This document shows positions 47,917 to 59,104 of a stretch of 64,000 nucleotides of DNA, in pieces. Position numbers and translations under genes: made by a program. Positions within the stretch are counted from its first letter, which is position 1, and every line of letters starts with the position of its first letter. Below the pieces are notes generated by a model. The model did not search any database. It saw only the letters and a list, made by a program, of their open reading frames with translations, and was not told the DNA's origin. The stretch comes from Acidobacteriota bacterium (GTDB taxonomy: Bacteria > Acidobacteriota > UBA890 > WLXD01), in the NCBI GenBank assembly GCA_965205505.1, contig CBDBHB010000009.1:1632001-1696000 (forward strand). The letters run 5' to 3'.

Positions 47917-49068
47917 TCATGCCAGCACCTCCCCAAATACCTCGGTCGCTCGCTGCATTTCTTCCATAGTCCCGATCGAGATCCGGGCGTGGGTCTTCTC
48001 CATCGGCGGGAAGTCACGCCCGATACGGATGCCTTGCTTGGCGCACGCAGACCGCAGATCGGCCGCTGGACGGCCGATGTTGACGAAGATGAAGTTCGCG
48101 TTGGACTCGAACACTCCGTATCCCGCGTTTTCGAAGAAGTCGACGGTGAACTGCCGCGTCTCGGCGTTGCGCTTTCCCTCACGGTGCATGCGCGCCGTAT
48201 CCTGGAAAGTTGCGTAGGCAGCGGCGACGCCGACGTTGTTGGTGTTGTCCGGTAGCCCGTAGCGGCTTAGCTGCGCGATCGTGTCTCGGTGCCCCACCGC
48301 GTAGCCGATCCGTAGCCCCGCCATACCGTAGACCTTCGAGAAGGTGCGGCTGACGAAGACGTTCGGTGTCCATAACGCCAACGACAGCGCCGATCGGTAG
48401 CCGGGATCGGTAACGTACTCGTGGTAGGCCTCGTCGAAGTGAATGACCGCCTCTGGAGATATGTGTTGCAACTGGTCGACGAACTCGGCGATCGCTTCCG
48501 CCTGATGCAGCGTGCCGGTCGGGTTGTTGGGATTGCACACGAAGACCAGGCCGGCTCCCTTGGCCGCCTCCGCCATCGCGCCCAGGTTCAGCTTGCCGTC
48601 GGCGTCGACGGGAATGGCTCTCACCTCGGCCCCCAAGTACTCCGCGACGCGGCCTGACCTCAGATAGGTGGGGGTCGCGGTAACCAGGTGCTTGGACTTC
48701 GAGGTGAACGCCTGTACCGCGTCCTTGAGGATCTCGCCCGACCCCGCACCGAGCAGCACGTGTTCCGGGCGAGCGTCGTTGGCTGCCGCCAGGGCAGCTT
48801 GCAGGCTGGTGTTGTCAGGATACCGGCTGGCGTCGTTGAACGCTTCTCGAACGGCGTCCAGGGCTCGCTCGCCAGGACCCAGCGGGTTCTCATTGCTGCT
48901 CAAACGGATCTCACCATTAGCCGGCGGTGGCACAACCGCCACATCTTCAGTGTTGGGCCAGAGCTCATCGACCAGCGCTTCACGGCCCCGGGCAGCGATG
49001 AGCGCGCCAGACCATCCCTTTCCCGCTGTTGCGTGGACGCCAAAGAGTGCGCGACGTGAGAGCGACAT
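47917..49068 (-). CDS. PLP-dependent aminotransferase, HisC-like (type A, copy 2)
   Basis: Close paralog of 45358-46524; 5-aa deletion (PSMGD). Confidence 0.9.
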   Translation of the reverse strand: MSLSRRALFGVHATAGKGWSGALIAARGREALVDELWPNTEDVAVVPPPANGEIRLSSNENPLGPGERALDAVREAFNDASRYPDNTSLQAALAAANDARPEHVLLGAGSGEILKDAVQAFTSKSKHLVTATPTYLRSGRVAEYLGAEVRAIPVDADGKLNLGAMAEAAKGAGLVFVCNPNNPTGTLHQAEAIAEFVDQLQHISPEAVIHFDEAYHEYVTDPGYRSALSLALWTPNVFVSRTFSKVYGMAGLRIGYAVGHRDTIAQLSRYGLPDNTNNVGVAAAYATFQDTARMHREGKRNAETRQFTVDFFENAGYGVFESNANFIFVNIGRPAADLRSACAKQGIRIGRDFPPMEKTHARISIGTMEEMQRATEVFGEVLA

Positions 49069-49287
49069 GAGTGGTGCCTCCTCCTTCGGGGCAAGACGTC
49101 AACGTTACGTAGCCTAGGCTACCTCGATTCGTCAAGGAATTGTTCCCGCGCGAAGGAGCGACGGTGTTGTTTGAGCTGCTGTGCTCGGAGGAAGGCGTTG
49201 TTGGCGGCGCGACGACGACGAGCGCGGTGCGGTAGCTGTCCTGCAAGACGAGCCATGACCGGCGGCGCCACCCTGTAGCATCAGCGG

Positions 49288-50935
49288 ATGATTCCGATAC
49301 CCGATCTGCTGCACGGCCGCGAGCACGCGTACCCGGACAACGAGCTTCTCGAAGACCTCCTCAAGCTCGCCTTCCTCGGGGCCAACGAGACGGCGCACAT
49401 CCATGAGCGTATGGGCGAGTCGCCGCTGGAGGCATCGCCGTGGGATCCGAAGCTGTTCGACAAGGACGTGTTCCTCACCGAGTTCGTCGAGGACTCGTCG
49501 CACATCGAGATCGGTGGTAGCGACTACCTTGCCCACCCGGAGTTCCTGCACCGCGTCCTGTCCCGTCCACCCGTCGATCTCGAGACGGTGCGTTTTCGCC
49601 AGGCGATACTGCGTGAGCTCGAGACCGATGCCGATGTCCGGGATCGTACCGAGCGCCTCTATGTCGAGCTCATCGCGTTGCTCGATTCGATCAAGTCGGC
49701 GCACACCGTTCGGACCGTCGACAACACGTTTCACCGGCTTGGCGTGCTGGGGCAGGCTCGCGCCGTGATCGAACTCATGGTGAGCGACTTCGCCTCCAGC
49801 TCGTCTGGCCTGTGCCGGATTCACGAAGCAGGTCTCGGCATCAAGGCGACGCGCGACTACAGGATCCTCACGGACTTGCTCGCCTACGAGGAGAACATCG
49901 CCTCGGTCAGCGTGTCTTTGCAGCTTGGAGCCGACGGCCGCATCAAGAAGTTGCAGATCGAGGACTTCGAGGAGGCGCGCGACAACCGTTTCTACAAATC
50001 GGCGTGGCGCCGCTGGGGCGATCTATTCAGCACCTACTGGCGCGGCTACAACCTCAGCTCTCGCGAGATGGTCAACCGGGTGATCATCGACGTGTACCAG
50101 CGCATCGCCCCGTCGCTGGCGCGCGTGTTGATGCTCGTCGGACACCTCGAGTTCTACCTCACGAGCCGGGCGTTCGCGGACACCTGCCGGAAGCAAGGTC
50201 TCGATGTGTGCCTGCCGACGGTGGTCGACAACGGCCCGTTGAAACTGCGTAGGGTCTTTAATCCGCTGCTGCTCAGACAGGATGCGCCGCCTATACCGTG
50301 CGATGTCAGCGAGGATCGCGACGAGTCGATTACCGTAATTACCGGACCGAACTCGGGCGGCAAGACCAGATTGCTGCAGGGCCTCGGGCTGCTGCAGCTT
50401 CATGGCGCAGTCGGGTCTCTACGTGGCCGCCGCGGAGGCACATGTGCCGATGTGCAGCGGCTTGTTCGCTTCCGTGGTTCAGACCGATTCAGCCGACCAG
50501 CTCGAAGGACGGCTCGGTCAGGAGCTCGTACGCATCCGCACGCTCTTTCAGTACATTCGACCGCGATCGATGGTCTTGCTCGATGAGCTCTGCTCCGGGA
50601 CCAACCCGTCGGAAGCTGCCGAGATCGTTCTGATGGTGCTGCAACTGTTGAGCGAGCTGTCGCCGCGGGCGTTCGTTACAACTCATTTTCTCGACCTGGC
50701 ACGTGAGCTTGATGCCAAGCGCACGCTGCATCATCTCGATTTTCTGCAGGTCGACATAGATGGCGGCGAGTCGACGTACCAATTCGTAGCCAGCGTGGCG
50801 GGTACGTCGATGGCGACGGAGACCGCGCGGAGGTTGGGGGTCGACTTCGAGGTCCTGTCGGAGGAGATCCGTGCGCGGCTCGAGCGCGACGGCACTACGA
50901 CGTGCCGCGTTGCCGACGGGGAGCCAACACAGTAG
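49288..50935 (+). CDS. MutS domain-V ATPase (MutS-related); frameshift near 50400
   Basis: 'VITGPNSGGKT'; second frame 'EGRLGQEL', 'LLDELCSGTN', 'TTHF'. Confidence 0.85.
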
Positions 50936-50977
50936 GCGCGGTTGCCGGATGAGCAACCTTTGGAGGGCGTACGGCCT

Positions 50978-51730
50978 CTAGGCGGTCGGGCAGCGCACGA
51001 CGACCGCCGTGATGTTGTCGCTGCCGTCTTCTTCGCAAGCGACGTCCACGATCGAGCGCGCGGTCTGATCGGCACGAATGCAGCCCGTGGTGAACTCGGT
51101 AATGCGCTCGGTGTCCATCACCTGGGTCATGCCATCCGTTCCGAGTACCCAAATATCCCCGGGTAAGGATTCGCCTTCGAGCACGTCTACTTCGACGTCC
51201 GGCGTGTTTCCGATGCTGCGCGTAAGCACGTTGCGCATCGGGTGGTTGGCGGCATCCTCTGCACTGATCACGCCGAGCCGTACCTGCTCGGCGAGCACCG
51301 AATGGTCGTCGGTGATCTGGCAGCCGACGCCATCGCGTACGAGCCATGCGCGGGAGTCTCCGACGTGCGCCACCCGGTAGCTGGTGCCGTTGACGAGCAA
51401 GGCCGTCAGCGTCGTCCCCATACCGCTGCACTCGCTGTGTTGGAGCGATTCCTCATAGATCACGGTATTGACCTGTACGAAGGCTCGAGTCAGCTCTGCC
51501 GCACCAATCGGCCCGGCTATGTGGTCGGTGACGAAGTCGTGCAGCACCTCAACGGCCAACTGGCTAGCGCGTTCCCCGGCGTTGTGCCCGCCCATCCCAT
51601 CGGCGACGATGAATAGTCCGAGGTCCCGGTCTACCTTGAGCGAGTCCTCGTTGTGGTCGCGGACCCTTCCGACCACGGTGTGATAGCCCACGTCGACGGG
51701 TTCGGTCGGCGGGCCAGCAGGGTCGCTCAT
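50978..51730 (-). CDS. PP2C-family Ser/Thr phosphatase (Stp1/PrpC-like)
   Basis: 'RDHNED', 'VADGMGGH', 'GMGTT', 'HVGDSR', 'TDG', 'GSDNIT'. Confidence 0.95.
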   Translation of the reverse strand: MSDPAGPPTEPVDVGYHTVVGRVRDHNEDSLKVDRDLGLFIVADGMGGHNAGERASQLAVEVLHDFVTDHIAGPIGAAELTRAFVQVNTVIYEESLQHSECSGMGTTLTALLVNGTSYRVAHVGDSRAWLVRDGVGCQITDDHSVLAEQVRLGVISAEDAANHPMRNVLTRSIGNTPDVEVDVLEGESLPGDIWVLGTDGMTQVMDTERITEFTTGCIRADQTARSIVDVACEEDGSDNITAVVVRCPTA

Positions 51731-52150
51731 GGTGCTCGTAGGTTGCCAGGGTGGCCAGGACCGCTGGATTGTAGCCGATGCGGCTGACCGTTGGCTGCGC
51801 AGGCGGTGGGCGGACGACAATGAGCGACGCTCGTCGAGGCCGAGTAAGGCCGCCCGGACGTTTCAAAGTAGCGGGGTGAGCGCACCATCGACTGCTTGCT
51901 CGTGCGGCACCCACCCGAGCGCCAGCATCTTGACCTCGATGTCGGCCTTGCGCGGCTTCTCCGCGATCCTGTGGCCGCTCGACACAGCTGTTGGCATACA
52001 GGTTTCTGTGGATGCCTCAAGGATATCGCTCGGTTGCGGTGCGGCGACTACCCTTGCACAGGATATTGTCGGCTCGTGCCCGTCTCACCCACCGAGGCAG
52101 CAGTTGGCTCGGTAGGCAATCTCAGCGCGACTTAGCGGGGAGGAGCCAGC

Positions 52151-52576
52151 TTGAGCGCCGGATATTCGGGAACACCGCTGGTGAAGAAGCTCGGGATCAA
52201 GGCCGGGATGAAGGTCGCCTTCGTCGCCGCCCCGAGCCACTATCCGGAGCTCCTCGGATCGCTACCGAATGATCTGTGCGTGCTGCAACGCCTGGGGCGG
52301 GGGATGGACTTCGTGCACTTCTTTACCGCCAGCTACGCAGAGCTCCAGCGACGCTTCCCGACTCTGAAGCGAGCACTGGCGAGCGACGGCACACTTTGGA
52401 TCTCTTGGCCGAAGAAGGCGTCGAAGCTACCGAAAGACCTGGTCGAGGCGGACGTCCGCAGCACCGGTCTCGACGGCGGGCTGGTCGATGTGAAGGTCTG
52501 CGCAGTCGATGCAGATTGGTCCGGCCTGAAGTTCGTCTATCGGTTGAAGGATCGGCCAGCGGTGGAGCGGCGCTGA
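52151..52576 (+). CDS. DUF3052-like protein
   Basis: 'AGYSGTPLVKKLGIK', 'WISWPKK', 'GLVDVKVCAVD..WSGLK'. Confidence 0.8.
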   Translation: MSAGYSGTPLVKKLGIKAGMKVAFVAAPSHYPELLGSLPNDLCVLQRLGRGMDFVHFFTASYAELQRRFPTLKRALASDGTLWISWPKKASKLPKDLVEADVRSTGLDGGLVDVKVCAVDADWSGLKFVYRLKDRPAVERR

Positions 52577-54099
52577 TGTCCGGACCGGCGGTCCGAATGG
52601 CGATCGGCGCGCTGCTGCTGGCAGCGTCCACCGTGCTGCTTGTCAACGCCAGCTCGGGCCTCATTACCCGTGAGTCCACCCGTGCCGGTCATCCGATGCG
52701 CTACATGGTCACCGACCCGCTGTATCGGCTGGAGCGCCATCGCCTCAGCCACGCCGGAGAGGCGATAGACCACGAGGAGGAGCTGTCAGCGGCGCGCGTT
52801 CCAGGCGTCATTATTGCGCATGGCTTCGCAGCGTCAGAGCGCTTGATGCTCGCTCATGCTCATGTGCTTGCGCTCGCCGGTTACGCCGTCGTGCTGACGG
52901 ATTTCGTTGGCCACGGACGCAATGCGTTGCCCTTCGATCGCGAGGTGCTCCAGGACGGCATCGATCATGCGTACGAGGTGCTCATCGCCCAACCGGAAGT
53001 GGATGCGCAGCGCGTCGCATTGGTGGGGCATTCGATGGGCAGTGCCGCGGTCATGGCCGCCGCCCGCCGGAATCCGGAGCGCTATCGAGCCACGGTAGCC
53101 GTATCGCCGGCGCCGGCCGAAGTCACCAGCTCGACGCCGCGTAACTTGCTGCTTCAAGCGGGTACTTGGGAGGCGCGCTCCCTCCGCGGCGCGGAGTTCT
53201 TACTGCAGCGCGCCGGCGGCCCTAGCGACGACTTCAGCAGCGGTCGGGCACGCGCCCTGATGCCGATCGCTGGTGCTGAGCACCTCTCGATTCTCTTCCG
53301 GCGCAGCAGTCACCAGGGGGTGGTAGAATGGCTCGATCGGGCGCTCGAATTCGCTCCGACGGAACGCATCGAGTACAGCGACCGCCGTATCGTCTGGTGG
53401 CTAGCTCACGTGGTGGGCTGGATGTTCATCGTTGCGTCGCTGGCGCGCGTGTGTCCGCGCGACGCGGACCGCGAACAGCGCCTCGTACGCCGGCCCATGC
53501 AGTGGGTGGGGCTCGCCGCCGCGCCCGTGCTCGCCAGCCTGCTCGTCGCCGGGCTGGGGCGTTTGATCGACGTCGGCAATCTTGGCGGGGTGATGGTTGG
53601 CGGTGGCGTTGCATTCTGGCTCCTGATCGCCGGCACGCTGGCGCTGGTGGTGGGGTTCCGTGTCGGCCCGCCAGCTGGTAGCGACGTCCTGTGGGGCGTC
53701 GGCCTGTTCGTCTTTCTCTGGTTTGCCGTTGGGCTGACCTCTGACTACGTCTGGCTCAACTGGCGGATGGTGCCGCCGCGGCTCGTGCGATTTCCCCTCT
53801 TCGCGCTGGCGTGCATTCCGTGGTTCACCGCCACCGAGCTCGTGCAAGGTGATCCGCGCAACCGCAGCCGCTGGCCCGCATACCTGGTGCAGATCGCTGC
53901 GTTGATCGTCGGGCTGTTGCTGGTTGCCGCCTGGGTGCCGACCATGCGGGTGGTAACCGTGATGTTGCCGGTCCTGCCGCTCTATATTGGCTGCCTCGTT
54001 TTCGTCGGCAGTCGCATCAACCGGCCCTGGGGCTATGGCATCGGTGCCGGGATGTTCTTTGGCTGGTTGCTGGCCTCGGCGTTCCCGCTGGTTGCCTAG
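52576..54099 (+). CDS. Alpha/beta hydrolase with a C-terminal multi-pass membrane domain
   Basis: 'AHGF', 'GHSMG'; hydrophobic C-half. Confidence 0.8.
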   Translation: MSGPAVRMAIGALLLAASTVLLVNASSGLITRESTRAGHPMRYMVTDPLYRLERHRLSHAGEAIDHEEELSAARVPGVIIAHGFAASERLMLAHAHVLALAGYAVVLTDFVGHGRNALPFDREVLQDGIDHAYEVLIAQPEVDAQRVALVGHSMGSAAVMAAARRNPERYRATVAVSPAPAEVTSSTPRNLLLQAGTWEARSLRGAEFLLQRAGGPSDDFSSGRARALMPIAGAEHLSILFRRSSHQGVVEWLDRALEFAPTERIEYSDRRIVWWLAHVVGWMFIVASLARVCPRDADREQRLVRRPMQWVGLAAAPVLASLLVAGLGRLIDVGNLGGVMVGGGVAFWLLIAGTLALVVGFRVGPPAGSDVLWGVGLFVFLWFAVGLTSDYVWLNWRMVPPRLVRFPLFALACIPWFTATELVQGDPRNRSRWPAYLVQIAALIVGLLLVAAWVPTMRVVTVMLPVLPLYIGCLVFVGSRINRPWGYGIGAGMFFGWLLASAFPLVA

Positions 54100-54161
54100 T
54101 GTCCTGCAACAGAGGTTCGTCGTGTGGCGGCGCGGCCTGCTAGCTCCTTGGCGGACCGGCC

Positions 54162-54824
54162 TCAGGCAGGCTCTGGACTCGGCAGTGTCGGGGCGAGACC
54201 GCGGCCGAGGACCTGCTGCAGGTGGCGGACGTACTCGCGAACCTCCGCCACGCTAACCGGAAGTCGACCCTGTTCGAGCCGAGCTCGGATGGGCATGAAG
54301 GCGAAGAAAAACACCAGGCTGCCCAGCAAGCTGATGTGCGTCAGGTAGGGGTTGACGGCTGAGAATGTGCCCTCTGCGATGCCCTGATCGATGATGTCCT
54401 GGACCAGGCTGAAAATGGCGAGGAGCTTGGGCAGCAGATCCTTCTCAATGTGCAAGCCACCAGACATCACCTCGCGCAGGACCATCGCCGGCAGCGCCGG
54501 ACGCAGCAATGACAGATCGGCGAATGTCTGGATGAAGGCGCGCAACCGTTCGTCGGCTGGGGCGTCGGACTCGCGAATCGCTGCGAAGCGTCGATGCGCA
54601 TCGGCGAAGGTCTCGCGCAGGATCTCGTTGTACAGCGCACCCTTGCCGCCAAAGTGGTAGCTGATCATTGCCTTGTTAACGCCGGCAGTCTCGGCGATTT
54701 GGTCGACGCGCGCACCCTCGAAACCGCGCTGAGCAAACAGGTCGGTGGCCGCGTTCATCAGCGCTTCGCGCGTCGCATCGGTGTTGCGTGCGCCCTTTCG
54801 ACGCAGGATCGGATCGTCAGCCAT
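54162..54824 (-). CDS. TetR/AcrR family regulator
   Basis: 'FAQRGFEGARVDQIAETAGVNKAMISYHFGGK' HTH. Confidence 0.95.
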   Translation of the reverse strand: MADDPILRRKGARNTDATREALMNAATDLFAQRGFEGARVDQIAETAGVNKAMISYHFGGKGALYNEILRETFADAHRRFAAIRESDAPADERLRAFIQTFADLSLLRPALPAMVLREVMSGGLHIEKDLLPKLLAIFSLVQDIIDQGIAEGTFSAVNPYLTHISLLGSLVFFFAFMPIRARLEQGRLPVSVAEVREYVRHLQQVLGRGLAPTLPSPEPA

Positions 54825-54859
54825 GGGGTGAAGGTACCACCATCGGTTCGGTCGTTGAG

Positions 54860-54900
54860 CTAACTAAACATTTATTTAATAATTAACCCAGGTGGAATGA
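54860..54900. promoter_or_regulatory. AT-rich divergent promoter / putative TetR operator
   Basis: TAACTAAACATTTATTTAATAATTAACC in a GC-rich background between the divergent tetR and HMG-CoA lyase genes. Confidence 0.5.
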
Positions 54901-54954
54901 AATCGGACGGCTCGCTCCGGGGCCGTCGCTACGAGGACAGTCACAGGCAGAACG

Positions 54955-55878
54955 ATGAGCATGCCGCGAAGCGTGACGGTGTACGAGGTGGGGCCGCGTG
55001 ACGGCTTCCAGAACGTTGCCCGCTTCATTCCCACTCGTACCAAGGTCGAGTTCATCGACGCCCTATCGGCCACCGGGCTGCCGGCCGTCGAGGCAACGAG
55101 CTTCGTGTCTCCGAAGTGGGTACCACAATTGGCTGACGCCGGCGAGGTGATGGCGCGGATCAAGCGGACTCGAGGTGTTCGCTTTCCGGTGTTGGTGCCG
55201 AACGCGTTCGGCCTCGAGCGTGCGCTGGCGGCGGGCGTTGAAGAGGTGGCGGTATTCACCGCCGCGTCGGAGACTTTTAATCGCCGCAACATCAACGCAT
55301 CCATCGCCGAATCCATCGAGCGCTTTCGCCCCATCGCAGAGCGTGTGCGCGAGCATGACGTTCGCTTGCGCGGCTATGTCTCGACGGCTTTCGGCTGCCC
55401 CTACCAGGGGGAGGTCGAGGCAGAGGCAGTCGTGCGACTGACCGCCGACCTCTTCCAGCTAGGATGCGCCGAGGTCTCGATCGGCGACACCATTGGCATC
55501 GCCGACCCCGGACAGGTTGGGCGTATGGTCGAGCTACTGGGGGCAGAGTTCGATCTGTCGACGATCGCGTTGCACTTGCACGACACCTACGGTCGTGGCC
55601 TGGCCAACGTCTTGACCGGGCTCGAGGCCGGAATAGCCGTCTTCGATGCCGCCGCCGGCGGTCTGGGCGGGTGCCCGTTCGCTGCGGGCGCCTCCGGGAA
55701 CCTCGCCACCGAGGACTTGGTGGCGATGCTGCATCGCCTTGGGATCGATACCGGTGTCGACCTTCAAGCGCTGGTGGAGGCTAGCTCTAGCCTGGCGGAA
55801 TCCACCGGGTTGGAGCTTCCATCCCGGGCGCTGGCTGCACTGCGTTCGCCGCGCCTACGGGTGCCCGTGCCGGCTTAG
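54955..55878 (+). CDS. liuE: Hydroxymethylglutaryl-CoA lyase
   Basis: 'EVGPRDGFQN', 'SFVSPKWVPQLAD', 'LHLHDT', 'GLGGCPFA.GASGNLATED'. Confidence 0.93.
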   Translation: MSMPRSVTVYEVGPRDGFQNVARFIPTRTKVEFIDALSATGLPAVEATSFVSPKWVPQLADAGEVMARIKRTRGVRFPVLVPNAFGLERALAAGVEEVAVFTAASETFNRRNINASIAESIERFRPIAERVREHDVRLRGYVSTAFGCPYQGEVEAEAVVRLTADLFQLGCAEVSIGDTIGIADPGQVGRMVELLGAEFDLSTIALHLHDTYGRGLANVLTGLEAGIAVFDAAAGGLGGCPFAAGASGNLATEDLVAMLHRLGIDTGVDLQALVEASSSLAESTGLELPSRALAALRSPRLRVPVPA

Positions 55879-55927
55879 CCGTAACCCGCCATGCCCGCCA
55901 CACTTCCACCACGGCCCGCTAGGAGCA

Positions 55928-56725
55928 CTAGTGCTCCCGGCTCCAGGGTGGCTTCTCCTTGGCCAGGAACGCGGTCATGCCTTGCTTGCCGTCGTCGCTG
56001 GCGCGTGCCGCGCTGATCGCCTCGACGGTGAGGTCGGCGGCGGCCTCGACGTCGAGATGGGCGATGGCGGGTACCAGCCGCTTGATCCTCGCCTGTGCTT
56101 GCGGGCTACAGGCGAGCAGGTCGTCGATCACTCGATCGATCGCCACGTCGAGCTGCCCCGGCTCGACCACCTCATGAACCAGGCCCATCTCTAGCGCTCG
56201 CAGTGCGTTGAAGCGAGCACCCGTGAGGAACAGCGCCTGCGCTTGGCCCGCGGGGACCTTGCGCATCACGTACGCCGAGATCACGCCGGGGACGATGCCC
56301 AGGCGGGCCTCGGTGAATCCGAATTGCGCGGCGGTCGATGCGATCGCGATGTCGGCTGTCGCGACGAGGCCTGCTCCGCCGCCGAGCGCCGCCCCCTGTA
56401 CGCGTGCCACAACTGGCTTCGGGCAGGTGGCGATGACGCGGAACATGTTCTCCATGCGGCGGGCATCGGCGGTGCTTTCGGACTCCGAGTAGTCGGCTAT
56501 GCGGCGCATCATGTTGAGGTCGGCGCCGGCCGAGAAGTGCTTCCCGGTCGACCGGAGCACCACGACGCGCACAGCGTCGTCGTCGGCGACGGCGACGAAA
56601 ACTGCCGTAAGCTCGGCGATCAGCACCTCGTCGAAGGCGTCGTGGACCTGCGGTCGGTTGAGCACTACGGACAGCACCGCACCGGCGCGCTCCAGCCGCA
56701 GTGTAGTGGGCGATTCGTGGGTCAT
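55928..56725 (-). CDS. liuC: Enoyl-CoA hydratase (methylglutaconyl-CoA hydratase-like)
   Basis: 'FSAGADL', 'GGGAGL', 'EARLGIVP'; leucine-catabolism context. Confidence 0.85.
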   Translation of the reverse strand: MTHESPTTLRLERAGAVLSVVLNRPQVHDAFDEVLIAELTAVFVAVADDDAVRVVVLRSTGKHFSAGADLNMMRRIADYSESESTADARRMENMFRVIATCPKPVVARVQGAALGGGAGLVATADIAIASTAAQFGFTEARLGIVPGVISAYVMRKVPAGQAQALFLTGARFNALRALEMGLVHEVVEPGQLDVAIDRVIDDLLACSPQAQARIKRLVPAIAHLDVEAAADLTVEAISAARASDDGKQGMTAFLAKEKPPWSREH

Positions 56726-56754
56726 GACCTCGAGTCCACGGCCTGCTAGGGCCG

Positions 56755-58362
56755 CTACATTCGGAAGACGCCCATGCGCGGCTCCCGCATGGGCGCGTTG
56801 TAGGTGGCCGACAACGCCAGGCCCAGCACGTCACGGGTTTGAGCCGGGTCGATGATGCCGTCGTCCCACAAGCGCGCGGTGGCGTAGTAGGGGCTGCTCT
56901 CCTGTTCGTAGGTGTCCAGGATGGGCTGCTTGAACGCCCCTTCCTCAGCGTCCGACCAGTCGATCCCTTGGCGCGTCAGCTGGTCACGCTTGACCTGCGC
57001 GAGCACCATGGCGGCCAGCTCGCCGCCCATCACCGAGATCCTGGCGTTGGGCCAAGTGAACAGGAATCGCGGATCATAGGCGCGCCCGCACATGCCATAG
57101 TTTCCCGCGCCGAACGATCCGCCCACGATCACGGTCAGCTTTGGCACCGTGGCATTGGCCACCGCGTGCACCATCTTGGCGCCATCCTTGGCGATTCCCC
57201 CGGCCTCGTACCGGCCGCCGACCATGAAACCGGTGACGTTCTGCAAGAACACCAAAGGCACGCGGCGCAGGTCACACAACTCGATAAAGTGCGTCGCCTT
57301 CAAGGCGCTTTCGGAAAAGAGCACGCCGTTGTTCGCGATGATGCCTACCGGCAACCCGTGTAGTCGTGCGAACCCCGTGATCAGGGTAGTTCCGTACGCT
57401 GCCTTGAACTCGTGGAATCGGCTGCCGTCGGTGATTCGCGCGATGATCTCGCGAATGTCGTAAGGCTTGCGCAAGTCCGTTGGCACGACCGCGTAGAGCT
57501 CCTCCGGAGGGTAGAGCGGCTCCTCCGACTCCGTCCTCTCGGCGTCGATGTGCTTCACTAGGTTCAGGTTCTCGACGATGTTGCGCGCGATCCTCAACGC
57601 GTCCTCATCGTCATCGGCAAGATAGTCTGCGACGCCGCTTTGACGAGCATGGACATCGCCGCCCCCGAGGTCCTCGGCGCTTATCTCCTCGCCGGTCGCG
57701 GCCTTCACCAGCGGTGGGCCACCAAGGAAGATCGTGCCCTGTTTGCGGACGATCACGACCTCGTCGCTCATCGCCGGCACGTAGGCGCCACCGGCCGTAC
57801 AGCTACCCATCACGACAGCGATCTGCGGGATGCGCTCGGCGCTCATTCGCGCCTGGTTGTAGAAGATGCGACCGAAGTGCTCGCGATCCGGGAATATCTC
57901 GTCCTGCATTGGCAAGAAGGCGCCTCCGGAGTCGACGAGGTGAATGCAGGGGAGCCGGTTCTCGAGCGCGATTTGCTGGGCGCGCAGGTGCTTCTTCACG
58001 GTGAGCGGGAAGTAGGTGCCTCCCTTCACGGTGGCATCGTTGGCGATGATCATCACCTCGTGGCCGCAAACTCGCCCCACGGCGGTGACGATCCCGGCGC
58101 TCGGAGCTCGGCCGTCGTACATTCCGTCAGCCGCCAGCGGCGACAGCTCGAGCAGTGGGCTGGAGTCGTCGATGAGCCTGTCGATACGGTCGCGGACGAA
58201 GAGCTTCCCCTGGGCGGTCTGTCGCTCGCGGTACTTGCCGCCGCCACCCTCGCGCGCCGCGGCGGCCCGCTCTCTCAGCCCCTCGGCGAGCGCGCGATGG
58301 TGGGCCGCGTTGTGGCGCGCTGCGGTGCTTTCGGTTTCCAGGCTGGAGACAATTGTGTCCAT
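56755..58362 (-). CDS. liuB: Methylcrotonoyl-CoA carboxylase beta subunit
   Basis: '[13 protein letters not shown]', 'VDSGGAFLP', '[12 protein letters not shown]', '[12 protein letters not shown]', 'ARLWDDG'. Confidence 0.95.
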   Translation of the reverse strand: MDTIVSSLETESTAARHNAAHHRALAEGLRERAAAAREGGGGKYRERQTAQGKLFVRDRIDRLIDDSSPLLELSPLAADGMYDGRAPSAGIVTAVGRVCGHEVMIIANDATVKGGTYFPLTVKKHLRAQQIALENRLPCIHLVDSGGAFLPMQDEIFPDREHFGRIFYNQARMSAERIPQIAVVMGSCTAGGAYVPAMSDEVVIVRKQGTIFLGGPPLVKAATGEEISAEDLGGGDVHARQSGVADYLADDDEDALRIARNIVENLNLVKHIDAERTESEEPLYPPEELYAVVPTDLRKPYDIREIIARITDGSRFHEFKAAYGTTLITGFARLHGLPVGIIANNGVLFSESALKATHFIELCDLRRVPLVFLQNVTGFMVGGRYEAGGIAKDGAKMVHAVANATVPKLTVIVGGSFGAGNYGMCGRAYDPRFLFTWPNARISVMGGELAAMVLAQVKRDQLTRQGIDWSDAEEGAFKQPILDTYEQESSPYYATARLWDDGIIDPAQTRDVLGLALSATYNAPMREPRMGVFRM

Positions 58363-58439
58363 TGCCAGCGTTCCGGAGGTGGAGCTGAGACTTCCGGCGC
58401 ATCGAAGCGGTGTCGAGCGAATCCTACCGCAGTGCTCCG

Positions 58440-59089
58440 CTAGCTCAAGCGAACGTCGACCTCGCCGATGCCCAGGTCGATGCGGATCCGCGCCTCGCCA
58501 TGGCCCTTGTCCCACAGCAGCTCACGCGTGAACAGCCCGGCACTCTCGGATCGTCCCTCCGGCGTTACCAGCGACGACTCGCCGATTCCTGTGTCCATGC
58601 TCAGGAGACCAACATCCGCCTCGCGCATACGCAACGAAACCTCGCCGATGCTCATGTCGACGACGACGTTGCCCGCTAGAGCCCGTAGCCGAAGCTCGCC
58701 GATGCTCATGTCCACCGCGAGTCGAGGGGCGCCGGCAGCCGCACCTTCATGTTGATGTGCATCCCACGGTTGCGCCATTTGCTGAAGCCAGCGAACGACA
58801 GCTCCAGGCGGTCGCCGTCGCGGTTGGGTTCGAGCTCCACGTGTTGGGCACTCTCGCGGCACGACCGCGCTCGCCAGCCGTCGCACCCGATGTGCACCTC
58901 GACCTCGATGCGGTCGGTGTTCGTTCCCTCGATCTCGAGCTCGCCAATGGGAAAGTCGATGTACAGCTCGTCGAGGTTGGCGGCGCTGAAATTGCGCGCA
59001 TATTCTCGCGCCTGGCCGGAGGGTGTCGGCGCGGCCGTCGGTGTCGCGACAGCGGCGATCAAGAACAGCGATAGCAGGCTGGCCTGCAT
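58440..59089 (-). CDS. Secreted adhesin / toast-rack-like repeat protein; frameshift near 58720
   Basis: Signal peptide; repeated 'D(F/M/T/L)xIGE' units across two frames. Confidence 0.6.
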
Positions 59090-59104
59090 GGCAACTCCTG
59101 GGTC

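Noticed and set aside
11783-58720. Single-base frameshifts (about 11783, 23778, 50400, 58720) as programmed frameshifting or phase variation
   Set aside because: No slippery runs or repeat tracts; scattered in unrelated, otherwise intact genes, which fits long-read indel errors better. Reads are needed to decide.
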